A DNA stretch of 23,122 bases from Oligoflexus sp. (GCA_041736305.1 JBGSTX010000345.1:1-23122); one strand, 5' to 3'; numbered from the stretch's first letter, positions 9,625 through 19,152 are shown. Numbers and translations: made by a program. Notes: generated from the sequence alone by a model not told the origin.

Positions 9625-10884
9625 TCAAACTCCCAAAAGCAAACGAGCCGGGTCCTCGATGCCATCTTTGATGCGGACCAGGAAACTCACCGCTTCTTTA
9701 CCGTCGACAATACGGTGATCGTAAGAAAGCGCCAGATACATCATAGGTCTTATGACGATCTGTCCATTGACTACGACCGGCCGTTCTTGAATTTTGTGCA
9801 TCCCGAGAATGGCGCTCTGAGGTGGATTCAAAATTGGAGTCGAAAGGAGACTGCCGAATACACCGCCGTTGGAAATAGTAAAAGTACCGCCAGAGAGATC
9901 GTCCAGCCCAATTTTACCGTCCCGCCCCTTCTTCGCATAATCACCGATAGAGGCTTCAATCTGGGCAAAATCGAGCTTGTCACAATCGCGTACGACTGGA
10001 ACCATGAGGCCACGCTCTGTAGATACGGCAACTCCGATATCATAATAGTCATGATAGACAATTTCGTTGCCTTCAACGTAACCGTTAATCGCTGGAAAGC
10101 TTTTGAGTCCCGCGACCGCTGCTTTGACGAAGAAGCTCATGAAACCTAGGCCGATGCCATGGGTTTCTTTGAATGGGTCCTTATAACGCTTCCGCAGCTC
10201 CATGATTGCGCTCATATCGACTTCATTGAAAGTCGTGAGCATAGCTGCGTTATGTTGGGCCTCGACCAAGCGCTCCGCTATGCGCTGCCGAATCCGCGTC
10301 ATTTTTTCTCGACGCTCCGTTCGGGTGCCTGCAGCCGATTGGGCCGGGAGAGGTGGCTTTGGCAAAGGCGCACTAGGCTCTTTAGCCTTATCAGCTGACT
10401 TGGCAGCAGGAGCAGGAGCAGCGGCTTTATTTTCGAGGTGCTCAACCATGTCGTCTTTAGTAAGTCGGCCGCCGCGGCCGCTTCCCGCTAAGGCGCTGGT
10501 GTCCACCTGATGCTCGGCAGCCATGCGCGCTACTGCAGGACTTTGTGGCCTGGAGTCGACGCCTTTTTCAGCTGCAGAAGCTTTGGCAGCAGGAGCTGGA
10601 CTAGACTCCGCTGCAGGTGACGGGGCTGGAGCTCCTGCTTGAGGAGCTGCAGCTGTGTCGATCTTCGCAAGAATTTCACCGACAGCTACTGTTTCGCCCT
10701 CTTTTCTAAGGATAGAAACAGAGCCTTCCACTTCGGCTACGATTTCGACGGTGGCCTTATCGGTTTCAATTTCAACGAGAACCTCGTCTCGTTTTACATA
10801 ATCTCCGGATTGCTTGCGCCACTTGTAGACCTGTCCTTCTTGGATGGACTCTCCCACTACCGGAAAACGCACCTCAAACGCCAT
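9625..10884 (-). CDS. sucB: Dihydrolipoyllysine-residue succinyltransferase (E2)
   Basis: Lipoyl domain ETDKA, Ala/Pro linker, E3-binding [21 protein letters not shown], catalytic DHRIVDG. Confidence 0.97.
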   Translation of the reverse strand: MAFEVRFPVVGESIQEGQVYKWRKQSGDYVKRDEVLVEIETDKATVEIVAEVEGSVSILRKEGETVAVGEILAKIDTAAAPQAGAPAPSPAAESSPAPAAKASAAEKGVDSRPQSPAVARMAAEHQVDTSALAGSGRGGRLTKDDMVEHLENKAAAPAPAAKSADKAKEPSAPLPKPPLPAQSAAGTRTERREKMTRIRQRIAERLVEAQHNAAMLTTFNEVDMSAIMELRKRYKDPFKETHGIGLGFMSFFVKAAVAGLKSFPAINGYVEGNEIVYHDYYDIGVAVSTERGLMVPVVRDCDKLDFAQIEASIGDYAKKGRDGKIGLDDLSGGTFTISNGGVFGSLLSTPILNPPQSAILGMHKIQERPVVVNGQIVIRPMMYLALSYDHRIVDGKEAVSFLVRIKDGIEDPARLLLGV

Positions 10885-11039
10885 ATCGTCTCCCTACTTG
10901 CGTGAATATCGGACAGCAGCCCCTTCTATCGACGAATAGCTGAAAAGCTGGGATAGACGCTGCCAGCCATTTGAAATAGCAACTTAGTGTGAAACAAAAA
11001 AGGTAAAAGAGCGTTATCAACTCGCTTTTGTCCTAAAGC

Positions 11040-11945
11040 TCAAGGCCCTACCAAGCGAGCTGCCTTGATACGTTCCGCAAGCTTCTTGACAAGACCTCGG
11101 TGCAGAGCCGTTGGTATCCGATGGCCCTCTTGGTCAAGAATAAGAAGTTCGACACGAAACTCCCCAGCTGCCAAAGAATTTTTAAAAGCCGTCGCCTGAC
11201 TAACTGGAACTCGCAAGTTGCCTTGATTGTGATACAGAAAAACGTGCTTTGGCAGTGCGCTGAAGTCCCAAGCGATGGACCGTTGCTCCGCAAACATCGC
11301 AGCTTCAGTGCCACGCCCTTGCAAAGCTTGAAGATGCGCGACGAAAGGCTTATCGCCGCTGTTCTTCAAGGTCTCATCCCAGTCGTATATTCCATTGCCA
11401 ATGATGAGAAAGCTGAAGGGAAAATTCTTCGCCAACCTAAATCCATGTAGACTTGCTTCGTCATAGGCCCAGAGGCCTTGGATTTTGTATCCCTTATTTC
11501 GCAGTTGGGTAATGAGGGCGAGACTACCTTCTAAAGCCTGCTCCCCGCCCAAGGTTTCCTTACCCGAACTTTCACCCTGACCAGGTCGATTGAGAGCTAC
11601 AATATTGAATCCTTGGTTCAAGAATTCGGAAGCAACTGGAGACTGGCAGACCTGATTTTTCTGAAAAGCTTCCGCCGGAGCGTTGAGCAGCATAATACCC
11701 GGGGCATTGGCACCCTGAGTACATGTGAACCACTGAACTTTCTGGCTTGAGCTTCCTGGCGTCGCTAAAATACCTTCTTCTAAAACGTAGCGCGGTTCCC
11801 CACTTTCGAGAGGAGCCGAAAGGGCTTCGATGCTTACCTGATCCGAAAAGGAGTTCTCATTCGAAACGCAGGCCGACTGAAGAAAAGCAGTACCCAACAC
11901 AAGCCAACAGAACTTAGTCAAAAATTCGGGTCTCTGAGCTATCAT
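11040..11945 (-). CDS. Putative lipoprotein with alpha/beta-hydrolase (S9-like) fold and atypical catalytic motifs
   Basis: Signal-like N-terminus with LQSAC lipobox; GFNIVALNRPGQGESSG, GNGIYD, HNQGNLRVP..QA, EGH. Start overlaps the upstream stop (ATGA). Confidence 0.65.
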   Translation of the reverse strand: MIAQRPEFLTKFCWLVLGTAFLQSACVSNENSFSDQVSIEALSAPLESGEPRYVLEEGILATPGSSSQKVQWFTCTQGANAPGIMLLNAPAEAFQKNQVCQSPVASEFLNQGFNIVALNRPGQGESSGKETLGGEQALEGSLALITQLRNKGYKIQGLWAYDEASLHGFRLAKNFPFSFLIIGNGIYDWDETLKNSGDKPFVAHLQALQGRGTEAAMFAEQRSIAWDFSALPKHVFLYHNQGNLRVPVSQATAFKNSLAAGEFRVELLILDQEGHRIPTALHRGLVKKLAERIKAARLVGP

Positions 11946-12283
11946 TGAGGATTCTCATAGAAGATGTAGTTAGTGGCGTAGTCACTGATCTCGAAGTACA
12001 CCTTCTTTTCGCCTTCATCAGCCAGCAAATTGAAGTTTTTGTCCATGACTCCATAACCATAGCGGTAGGCGCGCGACTCACCGCCTCCTCCCGTGGCTGA
12101 AGCGGTGGTCAGCTTATCGATATTGATAAAACGGTACATGACCTTACCTTCGCTGATAACGTCAAGCACCCCGTTACTCCCAGTCCAGTTTTGAACGGAG
12201 CGGGAAATCTTGTTTTGTAGTTCCTGGGTGCAGCCGCCCAGGCATCCTCCCACAACGATCAGACCTATAGCTGACTTTAACAT
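11942..12283 (-). CDS. Small hypothetical lipoprotein
   Basis: Strong SD GGAGGTG before ATG 12283; MLKSAIGLIVVGGCLGGC with LGGC lipobox; coupled to the downstream gene. Confidence 0.75.
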   Translation of the reverse strand: MLKSAIGLIVVGGCLGGCTQELQNKISRSVQNWTGSNGVLDVISEGKVMYRFINIDKLTTASATGGGGESRAYRYGYGVMDKNFNLLADEGEKKVYFEISDYATNYIFYENPQ

Positions 12284-12465
12284 ATCACCTCCAAAGCGAA
12301 CTCTCTTGTCATAGCTTCCCTGGCTCAAACGGGTCTCTTACTTATGAGAAGCTAGATTAAAGGCTTGGCGTGAGGATTTCTAGGGCTTGTTGTCCGATAG
12401 GCGAAGTGAAGAAAGGACAGGGTCTAGGCTGGAGTTGATAAAAATCCAGCCCTTGCAAAAGGAAT

Positions 12466-12981
12466 TCAAAGATTGGCGTTAATTTCGGGAACTCTAACGT
12501 TGATCTCCATGTCGTTTGCAGCTTGGTCAGGTCGAATAGTGCCGCCTAAAATGGGAGTTGCAAAAGCTTTGGGAGCTTCTTCTACATGCTGCCGTTCCAT
12601 GATGCGACCTGGGTCCATAGTTGTCCGGCCATTAAATTGCGCACCTTCCTGAACAACAAGAGTTGCCGTGATAATGTCGCCCTCATAGAGGCAGCTTGAG
12701 CTCAGTTCAACTTTGCCGCTGGCTTCGACTGTTCCGCGAAAGTGCCCCTGGATCACTATATCTTCAGCTTTGACCTCTGCGCTAATCACGGCATCTTCTT
12801 CGATAATCAGAAGGCCTTCAGAGACAATCTCGCCATCGACTTTACCGCCGATGCGCGTACTGCCTTTGCAATAAAGCTTGCCAGAAAAATGGCATCCACT
12901 CGTGATGATGGTGACAGCATAGTCTCGACCTTGATCTTTTTTTGTTGTGCCCAAGCCTGTGCGCTTCTGCTGATTAAACAA
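12466..12981 (-). CDS. Bactofilin (polymer-forming cytoskeletal protein, CcmA family)
   Basis: TIITSGCHFSGKL...RIGGKVDGEI...LIIEEDAVISAEV.AEDIVIQG.F.G.V.A..KVEL......GDI....LVVQEGAQFNG beta-helix signature; TTG start with SD CAGGAG. Confidence 0.92.
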   Translation of the reverse strand: MFNQQKRTGLGTTKKDQGRDYAVTIITSGCHFSGKLYCKGSTRIGGKVDGEIVSEGLLIIEEDAVISAEVKAEDIVIQGHFRGTVEASGKVELSSSCLYEGDIITATLVVQEGAQFNGRTTMDPGRIMERQHVEEAPKAFATPILGGTIRPDQAANDMEINVRVPEINANL

Positions 12982-13080
12982 AGTTTAACTCCTGTCGAAA
13001 GACTTCTGACGCTTCTGATGGCGTTTCTGCTGTGACTCCATCATAATAACACCGAAATCCATAAGGCATGAGGGAAAAAG

Positions 13081-13773
13081 ATGCCCATCCGGCCCCGGAT
13101 TAAAGCAGGATTTGAAGATTTTCCACTGAGCTTTGGCCATCGGATCTGGCAACATCAAAGCCGCTGGTCTCAACGAGAATACAAATGGTACCGCGCCGAG
13201 CGCGGCACTCTTAGCCTACAGATGGACCGCCATCCTGTCCGCTTTCATCCTAAGCGTTTAGAAATCAAGGGTGCTGTCGCATCCTGGGTTTTACTTGAGC
13301 ATGAGGACCAGAATCCATCTGCCTGGGCCGAAGTTCATATGTTTAAGGGTTCCCGTTACGCATTGGGGTATATTTATGTAGGAGGCTCGACCTCCCTGAC
13401 TGTGGCAGAACTTGCTCCCCTGATCAGACTCATCTTTTTAATTGGGGAACTCGACCTAGTTCGACTTATTTCGCCAGCCCAGGTTCATCTATCCGTTCGG
13501 AAGGTATTCGATCACGAACATACTCTCTATACCTTGCCGTTTAAGCCTTGGGTGGCCAGGTCACCGGACCTTATACCCATGAAGTGTCTATCGATCAGTC
13601 GTCAGGAATGGCTTTCAAACAGCGCACTTCAAGATGCTGCGCACCATACCCGACACATTGAATCTAGATTGGAGAGGCAGACAGCAGCTGAGAAACTAGG
13701 GAAGGGTAGAAAAAGGAAACGCGGCCTTATAGCACGTATATTTAGGCCGCGCGTCGATGACTCAATTTTTTAG
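13081..13773 (+). CDS. Hypothetical protein, possibly a degenerate RimJ/RimL-type GNAT fold with a basic amphipathic tail
   Basis: 230-aa ORF filling the gap, SD GAGGG upstream; weak resemblance in ELAPLIRLIFLIGELDLVRL and LSISRQEW. Confidence 0.6.
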   Translation: MPIRPRIKAGFEDFPLSFGHRIWQHQSRWSQREYKWYRAERGTLSLQMDRHPVRFHPKRLEIKGAVASWVLLEHEDQNPSAWAEVHMFKGSRYALGYIYVGGSTSLTVAELAPLIRLIFLIGELDLVRLISPAQVHLSVRKVFDHEHTLYTLPFKPWVARSPDLIPMKCLSISRQEWLSNSALQDAAHHTRHIESRLERQTAAEKLGKGRKRKRGLIARIFRPRVDDSIF

Positions 13774-13788
13774 CTATACAGAATAGAC

Positions 13789-14118
13789 TTACTCTGAATC
13801 GGAAGCTTCCGCAGGCTCTGCCGGTCCACCGCCGTCTTTCGGATACCACTTGAGTAGTGTCCCTATCATCTCATGAGCTTGTTTTGCGCTTGAGATGTTG
13901 AACTTGCTCTGCTGCCGATAGACGCCATTGCGCTTTTGGTAGCGGCGAATAGACACCTTAGCCGGACCGTAGGCATCGGTATTCTTATCAAGTTCTTGAT
14001 AGAGAAACATGATGGTCGTCCAGCTTCCCCGCGTCAAGACGTTCTTGTCGAGCTGCTTGACGACGACCTTGTCATCCTCAGTATATTCGATATCTATGCT
14101 ATCGATCGTTTCAGCCAT
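13789..14118 (-). CDS. Conserved-looking hypothetical protein (possible PC4-like fold)
   Basis: 109 aa, SD GAGGAG; LTRGSWTTIMFLYQE...KVSIRRYQKRNGVYRQQSKFNISS resembles a hypothetical family I recall from deltaproteobacteria. Confidence 0.75.
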   Translation of the reverse strand: MAETIDSIDIEYTEDDKVVVKQLDKNVLTRGSWTTIMFLYQELDKNTDAYGPAKVSIRRYQKRNGVYRQQSKFNISSAKQAHEMIGTLLKWYPKDGGGPAEPAEASDSE

Positions 14119-14146
14119 AAGAGCTTAGCTCCTCGCGGGCGTGACA

Positions 14147-14173
14147 AGATGTTCCAGCATGGCTGGAACATCT
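14147..14173 (-). terminator. Perfect 12-bp hairpin after rpsI (terminator or mRNA-stabilising stem)
   Basis: AGATGTTCCAGC-atg-GCTGGAACATCT, about 30 nt after the rpsI stop; weak U-tract. Confidence 0.55.
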
Positions 14174-14205
14174 GACGACAATTTACTAACGAGTTTAACG
14201 CTAAA

Positions 14206-14598
14206 TCAGCGTTTAGAGAACTGGAAGCGGGCACGGGCGGATTTTTGACCGTAAAGTTTCCGTTCTTTCTTCCTAGAGTCACGAGTAATCAGGCCTTGAG
14301 CTTTGAGAACACGCCGATACTCTGGATCCATCTCAGAAAGGGCACGACTGATTGCATGGCGAATCGCGCCAGCCTGACCAGTAAGACCACCACCGACCAC
14401 ATTTACCAAGATGTCGAATTTGCCGACATTGCCAGTCAGCTCAAGAGGCTGACGAATAATCATCTTCGAAGTAGCGCGGAGATAGTAATCATCAATATCG
14501 CGCTTGTTGATAACGATCGCGCCTTTACCAGGCTTCAAATAGACGCGAGCGATCGAAGTCTTGCGTTTACCAACAGTGTGAACCGCCTTGCTTGCCAT
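14206..14598 (-). CDS. rpsI: 30S ribosomal protein S9
   Basis: [45 protein letters not shown]-terminus. Confidence 0.98.
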   Translation of the reverse strand: MASKAVHTVGKRKTSIARVYLKPGKGAIVINKRDIDDYYLRATSKMIIRQPLELTGNVGKFDILVNVVGGGLTGQAGAIRHAISRALSEMDPEYRRVLKAQGLITRDSRKKERKLYGQKSARARFQFSKR

Positions 14599-14603
14599 AA
14601 AAA

Positions 14604-15050
14604 TTACCCTTCTTTAGCCAGTCTAAGTGGAGCTGCCGTTGGCTTTTGCGCTTCGTGAGGATGTTCCTGGCCAGCGTAGACTTTCATATTGTGAAAAACT
14701 TTGCGACCAAGTTTATTGTGCGGCAACATTCCACGGACCGCATGCTCAAGCACGCGCTCAGGCTTGTTAGCCAGCAAATCTTTAGCCGAAGTAGCCTTGA
14801 TACCACCGATATAGCTGGAGTGATGATAATAGAACTTCTGCAGAGCCTTGCGACCAGTGAAGATCATCTGTGCGGCATTGATGATAACAACATGATCACC
14901 GCAATCGAGATGGGGAACGAAATTGGCCTTATGCTTACCGCGCAGCAGGCGAGAAACCTCAACAGCAACACGTCCTACAGGCTGATGTGCTGCATCGATC
15001 AGTACCCACTTTTTGTTAATATGGGCGGGTGTAACGCTAGTCGTCTTCAT
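14604..15050 (-). CDS. rplM: 50S ribosomal protein L13
   Basis: MKT...[49 protein letters not shown] at 15050 with SD GGAG; the TTG extension to 15110 is not credible. Confidence 0.98.
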   Translation of the reverse strand: MKTTSVTPAHINKKWVLIDAAHQPVGRVAVEVSRLLRGKHKANFVPHLDCGDHVVIINAAQMIFTGRKALQKFYYHHSSYIGGIKATSAKDLLANKPERVLEHAVRGMLPHNKLGRKVFHNMKVYAGQEHPHEAQKPTAAPLRLAKEG

Positions 15051-15194
15051 AGAACTTATACTCCAGCTCTTATTCAGCAGAATCATCCTGCAGCAGTCGT
15101 GAAAACCCAAGGACTGCTCGCTCGCAAACCTGCTCTTTAATACTTAAGCGATGACCCATCGCACAGGAAGCCTCTACGCAGTATAGAGGGCCGG

Positions 15195-15224
15195 ACTATA
15201 GCTGATCTTCTCAAGCCTGGTCAA
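15195..15224 (-). promoter_or_regulatory. sigma70 promoter of rplM-rpsI
   Basis: -35 TTGACC (15224-15219), 18-nt spacer, -10 TATAGT (15200-15195). Confidence 0.7.
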
Positions 15225-15292
15225 CAGCTTGTTCAGCCTGCTCCCGCGTCCTCCCTGACACGACAAAAGCGCCAGGATGAACCACCTATGAC

Positions 15293-16678
15293 TTAGAAAC
15301 TGACTCCTTGGGGAAAGCGAGGAAATGGAATTACATCGCGGATGTTCCCCATACCTGTGACATACTGGACAAGGCGCTCAAAACCTAAGCCGAACCCAGC
15401 ATGAGGCGCCCCACCAAAACGGCGCAAATCTACGTACCAACTTAACTCGCTGCTCGATAGCTTGAAGTCGCGAATTCGTTGCTCTAGCACTTCTACCCTA
15501 TCTTCTCTCTGTGAACCGCCGATAATTTCGCCGATCCGGGGAACAAGGACATCCATCGCCGCTACAGTCTTTTCGTCGCGATTGAGACGCATGTAGAAAG
15601 CTTTAATGTCTCGCGGATAATCAGTCACGATGACCGGCTTCTTAAAAACTTGGTCTGTCAGAAAGCGTTCATGCTCGGTCTGAAGATCGATACCCCACGT
15701 TGGGGCATAGTCGAACGCCTGCTTGGTCTGCGTCAGCTCTTTAATAGCGTCGGTATAACTGATCCGCGCAAAAGTCTGACTCGACAGGTCTTTGATCTGT
15801 TCAATCGTCATATGCTTATAGTGCTGACCGAGAAATTCAAGTTCTTCCGGACAGCGATTGGTGATCTCGCGGAAAATAAAGCGAAGAAAGTCTTCTGCCA
15901 AAACAGAATCGTCATGCAGAGTAGCGAAGGCCATCTCTGGCTCGACCATCCAAAATTCAGAAAGATGTCGGGTCGTATGTGAATTCTCAGCCCGGAAGGT
16001 GGGCCCGAAAGTATAGATATCCCCCATGGCCAAGGCCATAGCTTCGCCGTTGAGTTGGCCGCTCACCGTGAGATGCGTCTGTTTGCCGAAGAAATCTTGT
16101 TTGTAGTCAATGCCGCCTTCGGCGTCTTTAGGGAGATCTTTGAGGTTGAGGGTCGTAACAAGAAACTGTTCTCCGGCACCCTCGCAGTCAGCAGCCGTAA
16201 TAATGGGGGTGTGAACCCATTGAAAATGGCGGCTCTGAAAAAACTCATGAATGAGCATGGCAAGAGCATTTCGAACCCGAAAAACAGCCCCAAACGTGTT
16301 AGTCCTACCGCGCAAATGCGCAATTTCTCGCAAAAACTCGAGGGTGTGTCCCTTTTTTTGCAGCGGATAGTCTTCTGGACAAGGACCTAGCAGCTCTACT
16401 GAGTCAACCTGAACTTCCCAATCCTGTCCTTTACCCGAGGATTCCTTGAGGACGCCATCGACGCGAACGGCCGCCCCCGTGCTCACGTCTCCGAGCTTCT
16501 CAAAGTTTGGATTGCCGCTGTCCATAACGAGCTGCAAATCCCGCTGGGTTGAACCATCGTTTACCACGACGAACGCGACATTTTTTGAGACCCGTTTGGA
16601 GCGGACCCAACCGTTAATTGTAATCGACTGACCGTCGTGACCCTGTTTCAGGATAGTGCTGATGCGTTCACGCGCCAC
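15293..16678 (-). CDS. asnS: Asparagine--tRNA ligase
   Basis: OB-fold GWVRSKR...[59 protein letters not shown] start. Confidence 0.97.
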   Translation of the reverse strand: MARERISTILKQGHDGQSITINGWVRSKRVSKNVAFVVVNDGSTQRDLQLVMDSGNPNFEKLGDVSTGAAVRVDGVLKESSGKGQDWEVQVDSVELLGPCPEDYPLQKKGHTLEFLREIAHLRGRTNTFGAVFRVRNALAMLIHEFFQSRHFQWVHTPIITAADCEGAGEQFLVTTLNLKDLPKDAEGGIDYKQDFFGKQTHLTVSGQLNGEAMALAMGDIYTFGPTFRAENSHTTRHLSEFWMVEPEMAFATLHDDSVLAEDFLRFIFREITNRCPEELEFLGQHYKHMTIEQIKDLSSQTFARISYTDAIKELTQTKQAFDYAPTWGIDLQTEHERFLTDQVFKKPVIVTDYPRDIKAFYMRLNRDEKTVAAMDVLVPRIGEIIGGSQREDRVEVLEQRIRDFKLSSSELSWYVDLRRFGGAPHAGFGLGFERLVQYVTGMGNIRDVIPFPRFPQGVSF

Positions 16679-16717
16679 GTCGGATTCCTTTCATGGAAAC
16701 TTGGAGTATCCCGCAGG

Positions 16718-17962
16718 TTAATTAACTTCCGGAAGGCGCCTCATGGGCAGACTCGCCAGGGATACCTGATTCGATGCTCTTAAGAAGTGCTGCTCACGTT
16801 TGATCATCTGCTGCCACTTCAAAAAAGGTATAAAAACGTCGCGAGGCTCTTTTTGCGCTTCACAGTAGACTTCGTAATATACTGAGAGGACGTTTCTAGC
16901 AACCCTGTACCAGTTAAACTTCCTGATCTGCTCATAGCCGCGACGCCGCATCTCGCTGCGAAGCTCCTTACTTCGTAGCACTTGTGCCAGAGTTTCTGCC
17001 AGCTGTAAGCAGTCATAAGGACTTACCATCAGCGCCGCCTCACCGACGACTTCTGGCAGCGAACTCGTGTTCGAAGTGACTACCGGAGCACCGCTCGCCA
17101 TGGCTTCTAAGGGTGGTAGGCCAAAGCCTTCGTAGAGACTAGGATAGGCGACGACTTTTGCCTGCCGATAGTAATTCTTCAGCTCCGCGTCGCTGACGAA
17201 GCCTTTAAAAATTACATCTTTATGATATTTTTTAATCTGCAGACGCACGGCTGCGAAGAGCGGGCTTTCACCACCGATGAGAACTAGTTTAGTCTCAAGG
17301 TCAGGATTATCGCTCCTGAGTCGCTCATAAGCCTCGACGAGCGTGGCTATATTCTTTCTTGGCTCGAGGGAACCGACGTAAAGAATGTAATCCTGCTCCT
17401 CTTCTTCCCGACCTAAATTATCGATTTTTCCACCGAAGGTCTGATCAACAGCCCAGTATATGAGCCGGACTTTCTCCGCGTCGACGTTGTAAAACTGGAG
17501 CAAATCATTCCGCGAATTATTGCTGTTAGTGATAACTCGCGAAGCCTTCTGCGCGAGCCGCGGAATCGCAATATTATAGGCCGTGTGGAAAAGGTAGCTA
17601 TACCACTGAGGGTTTACTACAAAGCAGAGGTCGTGAATATGCACGATCGAGTTGCCGCTATAGAATAAGGGGGCCATGTTTGCTGGTGAATGGAGAATAT
17701 CGACCTTATGCTGCCTCGCCAGGCGCGGCAGGGTAAATTGCTCCCAGAGGTGGTTACGAATATTTTCGCCTACCCTCAGTTGGCTCATGACGAGCTTGAC
17801 GTTAGGGTAATCCCACTCTTCCCCTTGAAGGTCTTTACCGGTAAAGAGAATGTATTCGTTTTCTTGGTCCATTTCGAAGAGGGTCTTGATCAGGTTATAA
17901 GCAGCTCTTTGCACGCCAGTTCTTTTGGCGACAAGAAAGCGGCCGTTAATCCCTATCTTCAT
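16718..17962 (-). CDS. Glycosyltransferase family 4 (MtfB/WbpY-like)
   Basis: MKIGINGR...[44 protein letters not shown]. Confidence 0.93.
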   Translation of the reverse strand: MKIGINGRFLVAKRTGVQRAAYNLIKTLFEMDQENEYILFTGKDLQGEEWDYPNVKLVMSQLRVGENIRNHLWEQFTLPRLARQHKVDILHSPANMAPLFYSGNSIVHIHDLCFVVNPQWYSYLFHTAYNIAIPRLAQKASRVITNSNNSRNDLLQFYNVDAEKVRLIYWAVDQTFGGKIDNLGREEEEQDYILYVGSLEPRKNIATLVEAYERLRSDNPDLETKLVLIGGESPLFAAVRLQIKKYHKDVIFKGFVSDAELKNYYRQAKVVAYPSLYEGFGLPPLEAMASGAPVVTSNTSSLPEVVGEAALMVSPYDCLQLAETLAQVLRSKELRSEMRRRGYEQIRKFNWYRVARNVLSVYYEVYCEAQKEPRDVFIPFLKWQQMIKREQHFLRASNQVSLASLPMRRLPEVN

Positions 17963-17967
17963 TTATT

Positions 17968-19152
17968 TTAGAGTCCTTGTTCTAAGCTCTCTTCGGAAGA
18001 TGTGGAAGCAAAGCCACCTTCCTCTTCGAGCAGCGATTTCTTCTCGCTTGTATTTTCTGCGCCTTCGCAAAGCTCATAGACCCGTATCGTTTTATCGATC
18101 ATCTGCTCCCACGAAAACTTTTTAGCATGCTGAAGACCTTTTTTCCGCAGCTTCTCTCGCACCTTCTTGTCGTATACGCCCTGTTCCAAAGCCTCGGCAA
18201 TAGCCTTATAGTCGAATGGATTAGCAAAAATTGCATTGTCCCCAACTACTTCAGGTAGACTAGAGGAACGCGCTACGACGACTGGCGTGCCGCAAGCCAA
18301 AGCCTCCAGGGGGGGCAGGCCAAAGCCTTCGTAGGTCGAAGGGTAGACAAAGAGCTCGGTCAGCGAATAGACAGCCGGCAAATGATCTTCCTCTATAAAC
18401 TTTGAGAAATAGATAAGATGCTTCTTGCCGTAGTTTTCTGCGATTTTGATCAGGTTGCCATCAGTTGGGCACGCCAGGACCAAGGGAATTTCAACATTTG
18501 AATAGCAAAAGGCGCGTACCAATTGATGGACGTTTTTATGCGGCTTATTATTGGAGACGCAAAGAATAAAGCGCTCAGGGAGCCCATAGAGGTCGCGAAC
18601 GTACTCAAGATATTCGCCGTCGAGTATAGGCTTATAGTCTTCAGAGACGCCATTGTAAGTGACAAAGATTTTGCTGGGGTCGAGGCCTAAAGTTCGGACG
18701 ATCTCGCGTTTGCTGAACTTGCTGACGGTGAGAATAAAATGAGATCTCTTGATACTTCGACGCACCACAATTTGATAATACATCTGGTGGAAGAGAGTAT
18801 AGAACTGCGGCAGCACCATATGATTCAAGTCGTGAATGGTCATAACCATAGCACAGGGTACGAGAATAGGCGCGACGAAGGAAGGGGCATGAAAAAGATC
18901 GATAGCCAGCGAGCTGAGAAGATCGGGGAGCTCTGTCTGTTCTCGTAAACTGATCCACTGCGATCGTACGGGAACGAGTTCGATATGCTCCGGCCAGGCA
19001 TGCACCTCGAGGGGCGAATCCTGATTGATCAGCACGAAGTACTGATGGCGATTAGACCGGCTCTTCAGCCCATTCAAGAGCTGAAAAACATAACGCGCAA
19101 TACCATGCATGCTGCCCTGACGTATCATCCGGGCGTCTATCGCAATCCGCAC
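17968..19152 (-). CDS. Glycosyltransferase family 4 (MtfB-like)
   Basis: MRIAIDAR...[43 protein letters not shown] start with SD AGGGGG. Confidence 0.93.
   Translation of the reverse strand: MRIAIDARMIRQGSMHGIARYVFQLLNGLKSRSNRHQYFVLINQDSPLEVHAWPEHIELVPVRSQWISLREQTELPDLLSSLAIDLFHAPSFVAPILVPCAMVMTIHDLNHMVLPQFYTLFHQMYYQIVVRRSIKRSHFILTVSKFSKREIVRTLGLDPSKIFVTYNGVSEDYKPILDGEYLEYVRDLYGLPERFILCVSNNKPHKNVHQLVRAFCYSNVEIPLVLACPTDGNLIKIAENYGKKHLIYFSKFIEEDHLPAVYSLTELFVYPSTYEGFGLPPLEALACGTPVVVARSSSLPEVVGDNAIFANPFDYKAIAEALEQGVYDKKVREKLRKKGLQHAKKFSWEQMIDKTIRVYELCEGAENTSEKKSLLEEEGGFASTSSEESLEQGL

Noticed and set aside
9621..9665. N-terminal extension of lpdA in the ORF track (likewise rplM 15051-15110, ALDH 5216-5248 and the lipoprotein 12284-12328)
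   Set aside because: Downstream ATGs have better SD sequences and family-typical N-termini.
10400..10655. GCAGGAGC/GGAGCT-rich quasi-repeats in sucB
   Set aside because: Ala/Pro-rich flexible linkers normal for E2 subunits.
5639..10905. Many 60-150 aa alternative-frame or antisense ORFs across sucA, lpdA and sucB
   Set aside because: Expected by-product of codon bias in long conserved genes; no independent evidence of coding.
14245..15140. Plus-strand ORFs of 137 and 164 aa opposite rpsI and rplM
   Set aside because: Typical antisense ORFs of ribosomal protein genes.
17118..18334. Identical 18-mer AGGCCAAAGCCTTCGTAG in both GT4 genes
   Set aside because: Encodes the conserved YEGFGL(P) motif; not a mobile or CRISPR-type repeat.
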